Below are positions 19,186 through 28,636 of a stretch of DNA of 64,000 bases, piece after piece. The notes beneath the pieces are model-generated. The model saw only the letters and a list, made by a program, of their open reading frames with translations, did no database searches and was not told where the DNA came from. The stretch comes from Armatimonadota bacterium. Lineage in GTDB: Bacteria > Armatimonadota > SYMT01. Made by a program: the position numbers and the translations under genes. The number at the start of each line of letters is the position of its first letter. The stretch's first letter is position 1. The stretch covers positions 1,559,199 through 1,623,198 of the forward strand of contig JAWLHY010000001.1 of assembly GCA_041690135.1 (NCBI GenBank), read 5' to 3'.

Positions 19186-20847
19186 TCAGTCGGCCGAAGG
19201 CAAAACTGCGGTTTCGGAGAGCTCCGCGGAGAGCGGCCGGCTGAACCGGTACCCCTCTTTCTTCAGGGATACCACCTTTACGGCCATCCGGCGGCCCCGG
19301 TGGGGCACGAGGGACAGACCGCGGGCCTGGGCGAGGCCGGAGGTATCGGTGACGGCGGTTTGGGTGGCCCGGAACTTGCCGGAGGTGAATAGAAACTTCA
19401 CCGCCACGCCCGCCAGGGGCCGGAATGATTCGTCGGAGATGCGCGCCTTGGCTTCCCCGGCGTAACGGTCCTGTTCCTGGCGGGGCACCAGTTGGACCGC
19501 CTCCACGCGGAGTTGTCGCGAGGGACCGGAAAGCGGACCGGCCAATGCGGACTCTACCACCGCGCGTGCGTCGACCCTCCCCCACCCATGACGCCCGTCG
19601 TAGGGGCGGCGGTCCGGCCGGTGTGCCGTGGCCTGGAGGAGTGCCCGGAGTTCGGAACCATCCGTCACCCCCACGCCCGCGGCGAGCGCGGCAATCCCGC
19701 TTACATGGGCCGCTGCCATGGACGTGCCCTGTTGATCGTTGTTGACGAACTGGGTGGGATTGCCCCGGTAGAGGAACGTCTGCTGGATGATCCCGTCCGC
19801 GTATAGATCTCCGTCGTGATCCGAAAAGAGGTAGCCGCCGGGCGCCATGACCGCTACGCCCTTGCCGTAAGCCGAGTAGTAGGCAAGGTTGCCCAGGTAA
19901 TCGCCTCCGGTCACGCCCAGCACCTCCGCGTCGTACGCGGCCGGCCAGAGGGCCTGCGACTCGCCGGTATTCCCCGCGGCTCCCACCAGCAGGCAGCCCT
20001 TGCTCCGCGCGTAATCCACGGCATCCGCCACCACTTCCGCGGCTACTGTGCCACCGAAGGACATGTTGATCACGTGGGCGTCGTGATCGGCCAGCCAGCG
20101 GATCCCCTCCGCGATGGCCGAATGGGGCAATACCACGGCGCTCGTGGGCGAGAGCGTGGTGGCGAGTACGGGCATCACGGTCGCTCCGGGCGCGATGCCC
20201 GCGGCCCCCACTCCATCGTTGACTCCGGCTGCGATCGTGCCGGCTACGTGGGTTCCGTGGTTCACCGCGTCATTCGCATGCTCGTTTCCGCGAATGACGT
20301 TCCGTGAATGCAGGAAGTGTGTTCCGGCAAAGTCCGGGGCAGTGACGAACTGCACGGGGAAATTCGGGTTGGAGCTGTCGAGGTAGTCCTCGTGAGCTAC
20401 GCCGGAATCCAGCACCCCGACCCGGGCGCCGGCCCCTGGTATCCATCCGGCCGTCGCGAGCACCTCCCAGGCTCCATCGATCCGAGCGGCGCCGGGCGCC
20501 GTGGACCGGAAATTCCACTGGTGTGCATAGCCCGGATCGTTGGGGACGGCCTGTAGACGGGCATACCCGTTCGGTTCCGCGTAGATCACGTCGCGTCGGG
20601 CCCGTAACGAGCGAACGAGCGAGGGGATGGCCGTGCGACCGAGCCCGCGGATCACCCGGAATGGTGCGGTATCGCCCCGGTAACGCACGACGATCTCACC
20701 TGGCACCGCATCCAAGTGTTCGCTGGGGCCCGCCGCCGGCACCTGTTCGCACAGGGCCATCCCACTGAGGCAGCCAAGTACCCCGATGGTTACCCTCGGC
20801 CATAGCACCCTGCGCACCCTATCTCCGGTTTCCGAACGGCGTGTCAT
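19186..20847 (-). CDS. Secreted S8 serine protease with a C-terminal Ig-like extension
   Basis: Triad VLDSG / HGTHVAG / GTSMAA and AAGN oxyanion motif. Start uncertain (20847-20949). Confidence 0.88.
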   Translation of the reverse strand: MTRRSETGDRVRRVLWPRVTIGVLGCLSGMALCEQVPAAGPSEHLDAVPGEIVVRYRGDTAPFRVIRGLGRTAIPSLVRSLRARRDVIYAEPNGYARLQAVPNDPGYAHQWNFRSTAPGAARIDGAWEVLATAGWIPGAGARVGVLDSGVAHEDYLDSSNPNFPVQFVTAPDFAGTHFLHSRNVIRGNEHANDAVNHGTHVAGTIAAGVNDGVGAAGIAPGATVMPVLATTLSPTSAVVLPHSAIAEGIRWLADHDAHVINMSFGGTVAAEVVADAVDYARSKGCLLVGAAGNTGESQALWPAAYDAEVLGVTGGDYLGNLAYYSAYGKGVAVMAPGGYLFSDHDGDLYADGIIQQTFLYRGNPTQFVNNDQQGTSMAAAHVSGIAALAAGVGVTDGSELRALLQATAHRPDRRPYDGRHGWGRVDARAVVESALAGPLSGPSRQLRVEAVQLVPRQEQDRYAGEAKARISDESFRPLAGVAVKFLFTSGKFRATQTAVTDTSGLAQARGLSLVPHRGRRMAVKVVSLKKEGYRFSRPLSAELSETAVLPSAD

Positions 20848-21006
20848 CCCTTTTCCCACTCTCGCCAGCGCAAACAATAGCAGTGCTCTCCGAAGCCGCC
20901 CCATCCCAGGGCCGGAGAAACGCCCCAACAACGTTCCACGCGCCACCATCCGTTCCCCTCTCCCGCCCGCCTATCGTTCGACGTATCCTTTGTTGGGTTT
21001 CGGGGG

Positions 21007-21035
21007 TATAATTAGACAAATGGCTAATTATCTAA
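21007..21035 (+). promoter_or_regulatory. -10 box and palindromic ArsR/SdpR operator
   Basis: TATAAT (21007-21012) followed by the 24-bp imperfect palindrome TTAGACAAATGGCTAATTATCTAA. Confidence 0.7.
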
Positions 21036-21051
21036 AGACGGGGGAGCCTGA

Positions 21052-21345
21052 ATGGATGCGGCCTTCAAAGCACTGGCGGATCCCACGCGGCGGCGCGTCC
21101 TGCGGCTGCTGAATCGAGGGGAGATGACCGCCGGACAGATCGCCGAGCAGTTCCAAATTTCGGCCCCGTCGATGTCGCACCACTTCAATGTGTTGAAGCA
21201 GGCCGACCTCATCAGCGCCCGAAGAGAAGGACAGCAGATCTTCTACTCCCTCAACACCACGGTCTTTCAGGATGTGGTGGCGGCGCTGCTCGACCTGTTT
21301 CCGCAGGAAGAGGCCCCCTCGTTACAGGCAAGGAGTGATGCATGA
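21052..21345 (+). CDS. sdpR: ArsR-family autorepressor (SdpR-like)
   Basis: FKALADPTRR and SHHFNVLKQADL...REGQQIFYSLNTTVFQ; coupled to the SdpI-like gene. Confidence 0.85.
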   Translation: MDAAFKALADPTRRRVLRLLNRGEMTAGQIAEQFQISAPSMSHHFNVLKQADLISARREGQQIFYSLNTTVFQDVVAALLDLFPQEEAPSLQARSDA

Positions 21346-21995
21346 CGACTCGCACAGTAATCACCGCAACCGCGGTGCTCACGCTGGCCGCCCTCGCATT
21401 CGCCGGCGCCGTGTATGGACAGTTGCCGGAGAAGATCCCCACCCATTGGAACTTGCACGGCGAGGTGGACGGGTGGAGCGACAAGCGCTGGGCCGCATAC
21501 TTTGGCCCATTGATGATGGTGGGTGTCGCGGCCTTACTGCAGTTGCTGGCCCACGTTTCGCCGCGCCAGTTCGAGGTAGAGGACTTCCGCCCCACTTACA
21601 ACTACGTCACGCTGCTGCTGGTCCTTCTGATGGGCTACTTCCACGTGATGATGTTGCTGGGCGGACTTTATCCGCATCTGGAGATGGGACGCGTGCTCAT
21701 CGCGGGTCTGATGCTGTTCATCGCGCTGCTCGGCAACGTGCTTGGCAAGGTGCGGCGAAACTTCTGGATGGGGGTACGCACGCCGTGGACTCTGGCAAGC
21801 GATCGGGTATGGATCGCCACACACCGCCTGTCGGCCCGCTTGATGGTGGTTATCGGCGTGCTCGGAGCCCTGGCCGCGCTGGCAGGCGCTCCCCTCGCCG
21901 CTGTTTTCGGCGTGTTCTTTGTCACGTTCCTGGTGCCCGTCGTCTACTCGCTGGTCCTCTACAAGCGGCTGGAGCGGGAGGGGCAGCTGTCGTGA
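21342..21995 (+). CDS. sdpI: SdpI family immunity membrane protein (DUF1648 + SdpI)
   Basis: LPEKIPTHWN..GEVDGW and RNFWMGVRTPWTL..W..THR motifs; about 6 TMs. Confidence 0.88.
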   Translation: MTTRTVITATAVLTLAALAFAGAVYGQLPEKIPTHWNLHGEVDGWSDKRWAAYFGPLMMVGVAALLQLLAHVSPRQFEVEDFRPTYNYVTLLLVLLMGYFHVMMLLGGLYPHLEMGRVLIAGLMLFIALLGNVLGKVRRNFWMGVRTPWTLASDRVWIATHRLSARLMVVIGVLGALAALAGAPLAAVFGVFFVTFLVPVVYSLVLYKRLEREGQLS

Positions 21996-21996
21996 C

Positions 21997-22413
21997 TCAG
22001 TTCGGCAGGCCCTGCAGGAGGAACAGGCGGAAGTCCGGCGCATCCTGGTAGCCGACGGCCTCGCGCACGACCTTGCCGTTCGGCCACATGATGATGGCGT
22101 GTGGGATGCTGGTGACCTTGAAACGCTTGGCCAAACCTCGCGCCTTGTCGAGATCGACTTTGACGGCCACATAGCGGCTGGCCACTTTCAGAACCTCGCG
22201 ATTCTTCAGTGTTGTCTGGGCCATCTTCTTGCATGGCCCGCACCAGTCGGCGTAGAACTCGATGAGCAGGGGTTTGCGGGTCTTCCGCGAGAGGGAGACT
22301 GCCTGGGCGTAGCTTTTTTCCCAACGGATAGAGGGATCGGCCGCGGGGGCCGCTGTTTGGCCGGCGAGGAGAAGGAACGCCAGGGCCAGCAGCAGGGGAA
22401 GGGTTCGGAACAT
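21997..22413 (-). CDS. Exported thioredoxin-family protein
   Basis: Signal peptide and FYADWCGPC. Confidence 0.88.
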   Translation of the reverse strand: MFRTLPLLLALAFLLLAGQTAAPAADPSIRWEKSYAQAVSLSRKTRKPLLIEFYADWCGPCKKMAQTTLKNREVLKVASRYVAVKVDLDKARGLAKRFKVTSIPHAIIMWPNGKVVREAVGYQDAPDFRLFLLQGLPN

Positions 22414-22513
22414 CGAGAACTCCCGAAGTCGAAGCTCGTATCACCTCTTACTACGCACTTCGACGCCCGAGAGTTGCCCGGAAACTTGCTTCGGCGCACA
22501 AGCGGCAGGAGAC

Positions 22514-23431
22514 TTGCTGCTGCGTTACCATACGCCTGTGGAGATCATCGTTAGTGAACAAGAACGGGGCGAACGCCTGGATCGGGTGCTCGCCGCGCGC
22601 ATCCCGGCAGTCAGCCGCATGTGGCTGCGCCAGGCCCTGGACATGGGAGAGGTTACGGTCAACGATGCCATCCAGCCTCCCGGCCACCGGGTAGACGCGG
22701 GCGACCGGATCCTCCTGGAGATCCCGGAAGGCACTGCGACGGCGATGACCCCCGAGGCGATCCCCCTTGAGATTATCTTCGAGGACGAGGAACTGGTGGT
22801 GGTGGAGAAGCCGGCCGGCATGGTGGTCCACCCGGTAGCGCATCATCGCGGCGGCACCCTGGTGAACGCCCTCGCCCATCATTTCAACGTGGTTGGAGCC
22901 GCCGACCCGCCCATCCGCGCCGGGCTCGTCCACCGTCTCGACCGCGCCACCTCCGGACTGATGGTCGTCGCCAAGACCCAACGCGCGCTCTCTCGTCTCA
23001 CGATTGAGTTCCAGAACAAGCAGGTCGAGAAGCGCTACCTGGCGCTGGTCCACGACAAGATCGAGTCAGAGGGCGGCGAGTGGGAAGCGCCGATCGGGAG
23101 CGACCCGGAGGCGTTCCCGCGCTGGGGGATCCGCGCAGCGGGACGTCCGGCCCATACCCGGTATCACGTTCGGGATTCCTTGCGGGAACACACCCTTCTG
23201 GAATTGGAGCCGGTGACCGGCCGCACCAACCAGCTCCGCCTCCATTGCGCCCACTTCGGGCATCCGATCGTGGGCGACGATCTCTTCGGGCGCGGTCCGG
23301 AGCCGGAACTGGGCCGGCTCTTCCTTCATGCTTACCGCCTCGGCTTCCGCCACCCCACCACGGGCGAGTGGATCACGTTCGAGGGGGCGCTGCCGGAGGT
23401 GTTGGAGAGATACCTGGCCAGGGTCTCGTGA
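22514..23431 (+). CDS. rluD: RluA-family (RluD-like) pseudouridine synthase with an S4 domain
   Basis: GERLD S4 start; KPAGMVVHP, VHRLDRATSG, TGRTNQLR and GHPIVGD. Confidence 0.9.
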   Translation: MLLRYHTPVEIIVSEQERGERLDRVLAARIPAVSRMWLRQALDMGEVTVNDAIQPPGHRVDAGDRILLEIPEGTATAMTPEAIPLEIIFEDEELVVVEKPAGMVVHPVAHHRGGTLVNALAHHFNVVGAADPPIRAGLVHRLDRATSGLMVVAKTQRALSRLTIEFQNKQVEKRYLALVHDKIESEGGEWEAPIGSDPEAFPRWGIRAAGRPAHTRYHVRDSLREHTLLELEPVTGRTNQLRLHCAHFGHPIVGDDLFGRGPEPELGRLFLHAYRLGFRHPTTGEWITFEGALPEVLERYLARVS

Positions 23432-23496
23432 CCGTGGTACTGGGATTGCCACGACGAACTTCTTTCAGACGTCGGCCAAGGAACATAACGCAGTAT

Positions 23497-23674
23497 TGGT
23501 AACCAGCAATCAGTTCTGGGGCCTGCCCGGAGTCCCCGAGATATCGGGGCTTGCAGACAGGCCTTGTTGTCTGCTTGTTCCCAATGCGGTTCCGGCGTGT
23601 GGCCCATGGGCGAGTTCGTGGCCGAGATATCTCTCGGACTCCAGGCAAGACTCAGGACATTGTCCGGGTTGCCA
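23497..23674 (+). repeat. Long imperfect inverted repeat (rod-like hairpin)
   Basis: Colinear helices GGTAACC/GGTTGCC, CAAT/ATTG, GTTCTGGG/CTCAGGAC and TGCC.GGAGTCC..GAGATATC/GATATCTC..GGACTCC.GGCA. Confidence 0.7.
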
Positions 23675-23788
23675 GGACGGGCTTCTGATCCAGCCCTTCC
23701 CCTACCTGGATGGTTAATGCAGGGAGTAGGACCACTAAACGAGAACCAACCGGCAGTCTTACTCTCTCTCGTTTCCAGGCTCACTCCC

Positions 23789-25057
23789 ATGGACTTGAAT
23801 AACCGCTTCCCCCTGGGCCGTGCCGCACGCCCTCACGCTCCTTCCCCTTCCTTTTCGCGGGCTCGCCTGCCGCTGTTGGTGGCGGGGCTGCTCGTCTGCG
23901 GAGGGGCCGGACTTGCGGGCGCGCAGGCTACGTTCCCCCGCTTCGAGCACCAGACGATCGATCCCGAGTTCGGGATCGGATACGCGGTGACGGTGGCGGA
24001 TGTCAACGGGGATCGCAAGCCAGACATCATCGGGGTCAACCAGAACCAGGTGAACTGGTATGAGAACCCTACCTGGACGAAGCACACCATCGTCAACGAT
24101 GCCACGCCGCGGGATAACGTATGCATCGCCGCGGCAGACCTGGACGGGGACGGCAAGACCGAACTGGCGCTGGGGGCGTTCTGGAAACCATCCGACACGG
24201 TGGGCAGCGGCAGCGTGCACTGGCTGGCCCGTGGGGATGACCCCCGGCAACCCTGGAAGCCGGTGAACCTGGAGCCGGAGCCAACCGTTCACCGGATGCG
24301 CTGGGCCGACGTTGATGGAGACGGCAAGCTGGAACTGGTGATGGCTCCCCTCCACGGTCGCGGCAACAAAGGACCGGCCTTCGAGGGAGCCGGCGCGAAG
24401 ACTGTGGTTTACTATCCCCCGAAGCGCCCCTCCAGCGAGCCCTGGAAGCGCGAAGTCGCCGAGGACACGCTTCACGTGGTCCACAACCTCTGGCCGGTGC
24501 AATGGGACGACGACCGCGCGGAAGAGATCCTGCTGGCCAGCTTCGAAGGGGTGCACCTTGTCGATCGCGGTCCCGACGGTCGCTGGTCGAACCGGAAGCT
24601 CGCGGACGGCAACCAGGAAACTCGCCCCAATCGCGGCAGCAGCGAAATCAAGGCCGGGATCCTGCCGAACGGTAAGCGATACCTGGCGACCATCGAGCCG
24701 TGGCACGGGTTCCAGGTGGTGGTCTACACAGAAGACGGGACGGGGGCCTGGAAACGACGGGTGCTCGATGAGACCCTGCGGGACGGCCATGGGGTGTGGT
24801 GCGCCGACATTGACGGCCGCACGGGGGATGAGCTACTGATCGGCTGGCGCGGGCCCGACACGGTCCACAAGAAGGTCGGCGTGGCTGCCTACGTGCCGGA
24901 CACCAACGGCGGGAAGTGGGAGAAACATCTGATCGACGACAACGGGATGGCCTGCGAAGACCTCACGGCCGCCGACCTGGACGGGGACGGCCGCCAGGAC
25001 CTCGTGGCTTCCGGCCGGGCGACTCACAACTTGAAGATCTATTGGAACCGGCGATAG
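23789..25057 (+). CDS. Secreted FG-GAP/VCBS repeat beta-propeller protein
   Basis: Repeated ADxDGDGxxD/E motifs, signal peptide, HRMRW and EPWHG motifs. Confidence 0.85.
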   Translation: MDLNNRFPLGRAARPHAPSPSFSRARLPLLVAGLLVCGGAGLAGAQATFPRFEHQTIDPEFGIGYAVTVADVNGDRKPDIIGVNQNQVNWYENPTWTKHTIVNDATPRDNVCIAAADLDGDGKTELALGAFWKPSDTVGSGSVHWLARGDDPRQPWKPVNLEPEPTVHRMRWADVDGDGKLELVMAPLHGRGNKGPAFEGAGAKTVVYYPPKRPSSEPWKREVAEDTLHVVHNLWPVQWDDDRAEEILLASFEGVHLVDRGPDGRWSNRKLADGNQETRPNRGSSEIKAGILPNGKRYLATIEPWHGFQVVVYTEDGTGAWKRRVLDETLRDGHGVWCADIDGRTGDELLIGWRGPDTVHKKVGVAAYVPDTNGGKWEKHLIDDNGMACEDLTAADLDGDGRQDLVASGRATHNLKIYWNRR

Positions 25058-25157
25058 GGGGTGCATCCGGCAAGTAGCGATCAGATTCGCACGTCACCGG
25101 AAGGCGTCAGGCGGAGTGGGTCGGGGTCCGTCCGGCAAGACTGGGAGAGCGGCACCT

Positions 25158-25345
25158 GTAGGGAACGTCTCGTACACCCGGCGAAGTTAGGGCCGCAGCG
25201 TTCCGCCGTCCTGGGGCCGATCCTGTCCTGACCACTCGTAGCCGTCCTGGACCAGGAAGGGTCCGGTTTGGCCTCACGGGATCAACATCGATACCTGTGG
25301 AAGGGAACGGCCCTAGCTGCGCCGGGTGTACGTCACATTCCCTAC
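25158..25345 (+). ncRNA. Candidate structured RNA with 6S-RNA-like rod architecture (alternatively a MITE)
   Basis: 188 nt; 38-nt terminal arms pair almost fully; central unpaired bubble; inner stems TGGGGCCGA/TTGGCCTCA and ATCCT.TCCTG/CAGGAAGGGT. Confidence 0.45.
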
Positions 25346-25527
25346 TATGCAGGGCGCACGTGACGCTGCGCGAGTCACTTCACCAGAGGTGGACAGAAAT
25401 CCGTAACAGACCTCCCGGGTACAACACTAAGGGGGAATGAGATTGCTCTTGACAGAGGCGCTCCCATTCCCCCTTTTCACCCCCTCTCCCATTCCCCCTG
25501 TTAAAGGGGGTAGGTGGGGCCAATGCA

Positions 25528-28038
25528 TCAGTGCCGGAACTGGAACTCCTTGGAGTTGATGAGCACCCAGGCCAGGTCCTCCAGGGCTTCGCGCTTGTCG
25601 GCGGTGCGGGCGAAATGGGAGAGCCAGTTCTGACGCTCCTTGGCGCTGGGCATCCGGGCCAGGGAAGCCAGGTAGAAGTCCTCGATGAGCGCCGGGTCCG
25701 GCTTGCCGGACGCCGCCAGCGTGGCGGTTCGGCTTGAGTCGTCCCGCAGGCGACCATCCAGGCTGCGGCCACTGATGAGCGCCAGGGCCTGGAAGAGGTT
25801 CGGCTCTTTCTCCCGCTCGCACTCGCAGTTGAGGTTCCGATCGGGACGACCGAACGTCTTCAGGAACGGTGTTCGGGCCTTGGTGCCGGCGATCTGCATC
25901 GCCCGCGTTCCCTTCGGATAGCCGGGAAACTCCTCGGGCACGCCCGTCACCTGGGCGATGGCGTCGGAGAGCTGTTCGGCCGTCAGCATCCGCGGCAGCG
26001 CATGCGAGAAGTAGGTCTGGTCGTCCTTGTTCAGCGGTTCGGGTCGCGCCGTAAGCTGGTACGTCCGGGAGTTCATGATCGTCCGGACCAGGTACTTCAA
26101 GTCGAAGCCGTGCTGGGCGAAGTCCTTACCCAGGGCTTCCAGCAGCGGCTCGTTCACCGGCGGGTTGGAAGCGCGGAAGTCGTCGATCGGCTCCACAATG
26201 CCGCGGCCCAGCAAATGCGACCATACCCGGTTGGCAATCGCCTTGCCGAAGAACGGGTTGTCCTGGCGGGTCATCCACTCCGCCAGGGCCTGGCGCCGGT
26301 CTTCATTCGGCTGGAAGGAAGGGAATTCCCCGGCGAGCAGCTTGGGCTTCATCACCAGGCCGGTGCGCAGGTGCTCTACCTCTCCCTTGGGACGGAGGTA
26401 GATGGTCTCTTCTTCCTTGGTCGGCCCACCCTTCTTGCGGACCTGGCTGAAGAAGGCCGCAAACTGGTAGTACTCGTCCTGCGTCCACCGCTCGAACGGA
26501 TGGTTGTGGCACTTGGCGCACGTCATCCGCACTCCGAGGAAGAGCTGGGCTACCGATTCGGAGAAGTCGTTCGGCTGCTCGAAGGTGCGGTAGTAGTTCG
26601 CGGGAGCGACGGAGAAGGTGGGTCCGGTGGCCGTGACGATCTCCTTCACGAACTGGTCCATCGGCTTGTTGGCCTTGATGCTGTCGCGGATCCAGTCGTG
26701 GAAGGCGCGGGCGCCCTGGTCCTTCATCGTCTCATCCTGCACGCGCAGGACATCGGCCCACTTCACCGCCCAGAAGTCGGCGAACTCAGGGCGCTCGGTC
26801 AGCCGCTCGATCAGTTTCGTCCGCTTATCCGGCGCGGGATCGCCAAGGAAGGCCCGGGCTTCTTCGGCCGTGGGCAGCAGGCCGATGGCGTCCAGGTAGG
26901 CGCGGCGCAGAAACTCCTGGTCGGATGACAGCCCCGAGGCGGGAATCTGGAACATCCGGAGCCGCTCGAACACCAGCTTGTCGATGAAGTTGCTCGGGGC
27001 CGGATTGTTCCAGCGGAAGCCCGGGACCTCCTTCAGGAAGGTGACCCGCTGGGTTTCGAGGGCTTCCTCGTAGCGAACCAGCACGGCGACTTCTCCGCGC
27101 TTGTAGCCTTCCACCAGGCCCTCGCGGCTGATGGTGGCCACTTCCTCATCGCTCGTGGAGAGTTTGGCCAGCGTGGTGACGTCGCGGACGCTGCCGTCCG
27201 AGTAGTGGGCCATTGCCACGATCTGCTGCTTCGCGCCGGGGAGCGCCAGCACGCGGTTTCCGGGCAGGATCTCCACGCGGGTGAGGCGCGGCGCAGTTTC
27301 GGGATCGGGCTTCATCCCCTCGCCGATCCAGCGGCTAATAACGTCAAACTCCGGCATGTCGCGGGAGAGGCGCTTGCCGCCGGCATGCGGCACCTCCGCC
27401 ATCGGCTTGAGGAGCAGGAGACTGCGGCCGGGGTCGGCCTTGTTCACGCGGCGCGCGCCGCCCTCCCGGGCCAGGCTCTGGAAGTCCGCATCCGGAGCAT
27501 AGCCCTGGAGGCTGAGACGGAGGCCGCCCTTGCCCGTGGGGGTACCGTGGCAGGTGCCCATACTGCAGCCGGCCTTGGTCAGTGCCGGAACGACATCATG
27601 GGTGAAGGAAATCGGTTCCCGGCGCAGGGCTTCCGACACGGCCACCGAGAAGTTAGCCCGGGCCGCGCCCACCGTGACGGCCACCGTGACGGCGCCATCG
27701 CCCACCGGTCGCACTACGCGGCGGGTTTGATCCTTCACGACGGACGCCACCTTGGGGTTGGACACCTTGAAAACCGCGGCCTGGGTGAGGTCCTTGACCG
27801 CCCCATCGGAATAACGGCCGGTAACGATCAGACCCTGTTCGGCGCGCACGCCGCGCAGTTTCACGCTTGGCGGCAAGACTTCGATGCCGAGCAGCCTGGC
27901 CGCGGGCTTCTTCGCCTGGGCGGGAACGGCCTTCTTTAACGGGGCCGCCTTCTTTGCCGGCACCCGCTTCTTTGCGGGCGCTGCCGCGCAGGGCGCAGTG
28001 GCCGCGCAGGCCAGGATGATTGCTAAGCCTTTGTTCAT
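25528..28038 (-). CDS. DUF1549/DUF1553 (PSCyt2/PSD1) secreted protein with Ig-like (BIG2) domains
   Basis: GCSMGTCHG, FLRRAYLD..G.LPT, LFLGVRMTCAKCHNHPFERWTQ, NRVWSHLLGRGIV and W.LINSKEFQFRH. Confidence 0.92.
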   Translation of the reverse strand: MNKGLAIILACAATAPCAAAPAKKRVPAKKAAPLKKAVPAQAKKPAARLLGIEVLPPSVKLRGVRAEQGLIVTGRYSDGAVKDLTQAAVFKVSNPKVASVVKDQTRRVVRPVGDGAVTVAVTVGAARANFSVAVSEALRREPISFTHDVVPALTKAGCSMGTCHGTPTGKGGLRLSLQGYAPDADFQSLAREGGARRVNKADPGRSLLLLKPMAEVPHAGGKRLSRDMPEFDVISRWIGEGMKPDPETAPRLTRVEILPGNRVLALPGAKQQIVAMAHYSDGSVRDVTTLAKLSTSDEEVATISREGLVEGYKRGEVAVLVRYEEALETQRVTFLKEVPGFRWNNPAPSNFIDKLVFERLRMFQIPASGLSSDQEFLRRAYLDAIGLLPTAEEARAFLGDPAPDKRTKLIERLTERPEFADFWAVKWADVLRVQDETMKDQGARAFHDWIRDSIKANKPMDQFVKEIVTATGPTFSVAPANYYRTFEQPNDFSESVAQLFLGVRMTCAKCHNHPFERWTQDEYYQFAAFFSQVRKKGGPTKEEETIYLRPKGEVEHLRTGLVMKPKLLAGEFPSFQPNEDRRQALAEWMTRQDNPFFGKAIANRVWSHLLGRGIVEPIDDFRASNPPVNEPLLEALGKDFAQHGFDLKYLVRTIMNSRTYQLTARPEPLNKDDQTYFSHALPRMLTAEQLSDAIAQVTGVPEEFPGYPKGTRAMQIAGTKARTPFLKTFGRPDRNLNCECEREKEPNLFQALALISGRSLDGRLRDDSSRTATLAASGKPDPALIEDFYLASLARMPSAKERQNWLSHFARTADKREALEDLAWVLINSKEFQFRH

Positions 28039-28346
28039 GGTTACGCTTCGCTGCCCCACAACTCGATAACGGGCTCGCCGTCCCGGACGATGGGCATCGG
28101 CCGGATCCATGGATCGCGCAGGTAGGGATGAGGAAAGAGCACCCGCGCGAAATGAAACTTGGCTGTGAGATCCTGGGGACACACGGACCTCTCATACATA
28201 AGTATAGGCCGTTTCGCCCCACTTGCCGATTACCGGACCGCCTCGAACCCCGGTGTCTTCCAGGGTAATACTGTAGCAGTAGGGCCAATGATCTCGCCCC
28301 ACACTACGGTGACGAGACGCACACCCGGTTAAATGCTACAGCGGGA

Positions 28347-28601
28347 TCAGCTCTCTTCGAGCATGCGGGCCACTTCGATCGAAAGCTCGCCGAAGTTCTT
28401 GTCGATCAAGGCCTGGCCGAGCTGCTGGATGTTGATGTCGCGCTCCAGCTCTTCTTCCAGGTAGACGATGAAGTCCACCACGTCCAGGCTCTCCTTGAGG
28501 AGCGACTTGGGGTAAAGCTCCGGGAAAGCGGCCATAACCTCCGAAGACTCCTTGCCCTCGAAGTAGGCCTTCATCACGTTCAACAGTTCGTCGGGGCTCA
28601 A
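28347..28601 (-). CDS. Acyl carrier protein-like protein (ESL motif)
   Basis: 84 aa, acidic, LLKESLDVVDFIVYLEEEL; TTG start after an AGAGGAG RBS; directly downstream of the type III PKS. Confidence 0.75.
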   Translation of the reverse strand: MSPDELLNVMKAYFEGKESSEVMAAFPELYPKSLLKESLDVVDFIVYLEEELERDINIQQLGQALIDKNFGELSIEVARMLEES

Positions 28602-28636
28602 CGGTAAACTCCTCTGTGTGGGATGGGATGCGAGAA

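Noticed and set aside
25245-25270. SRP RNA from the GGACCAGGAAGGGTCC motif
   Set aside because: It lacks the conserved CAGG...GGAA...AGCAG domain IV arrangement.
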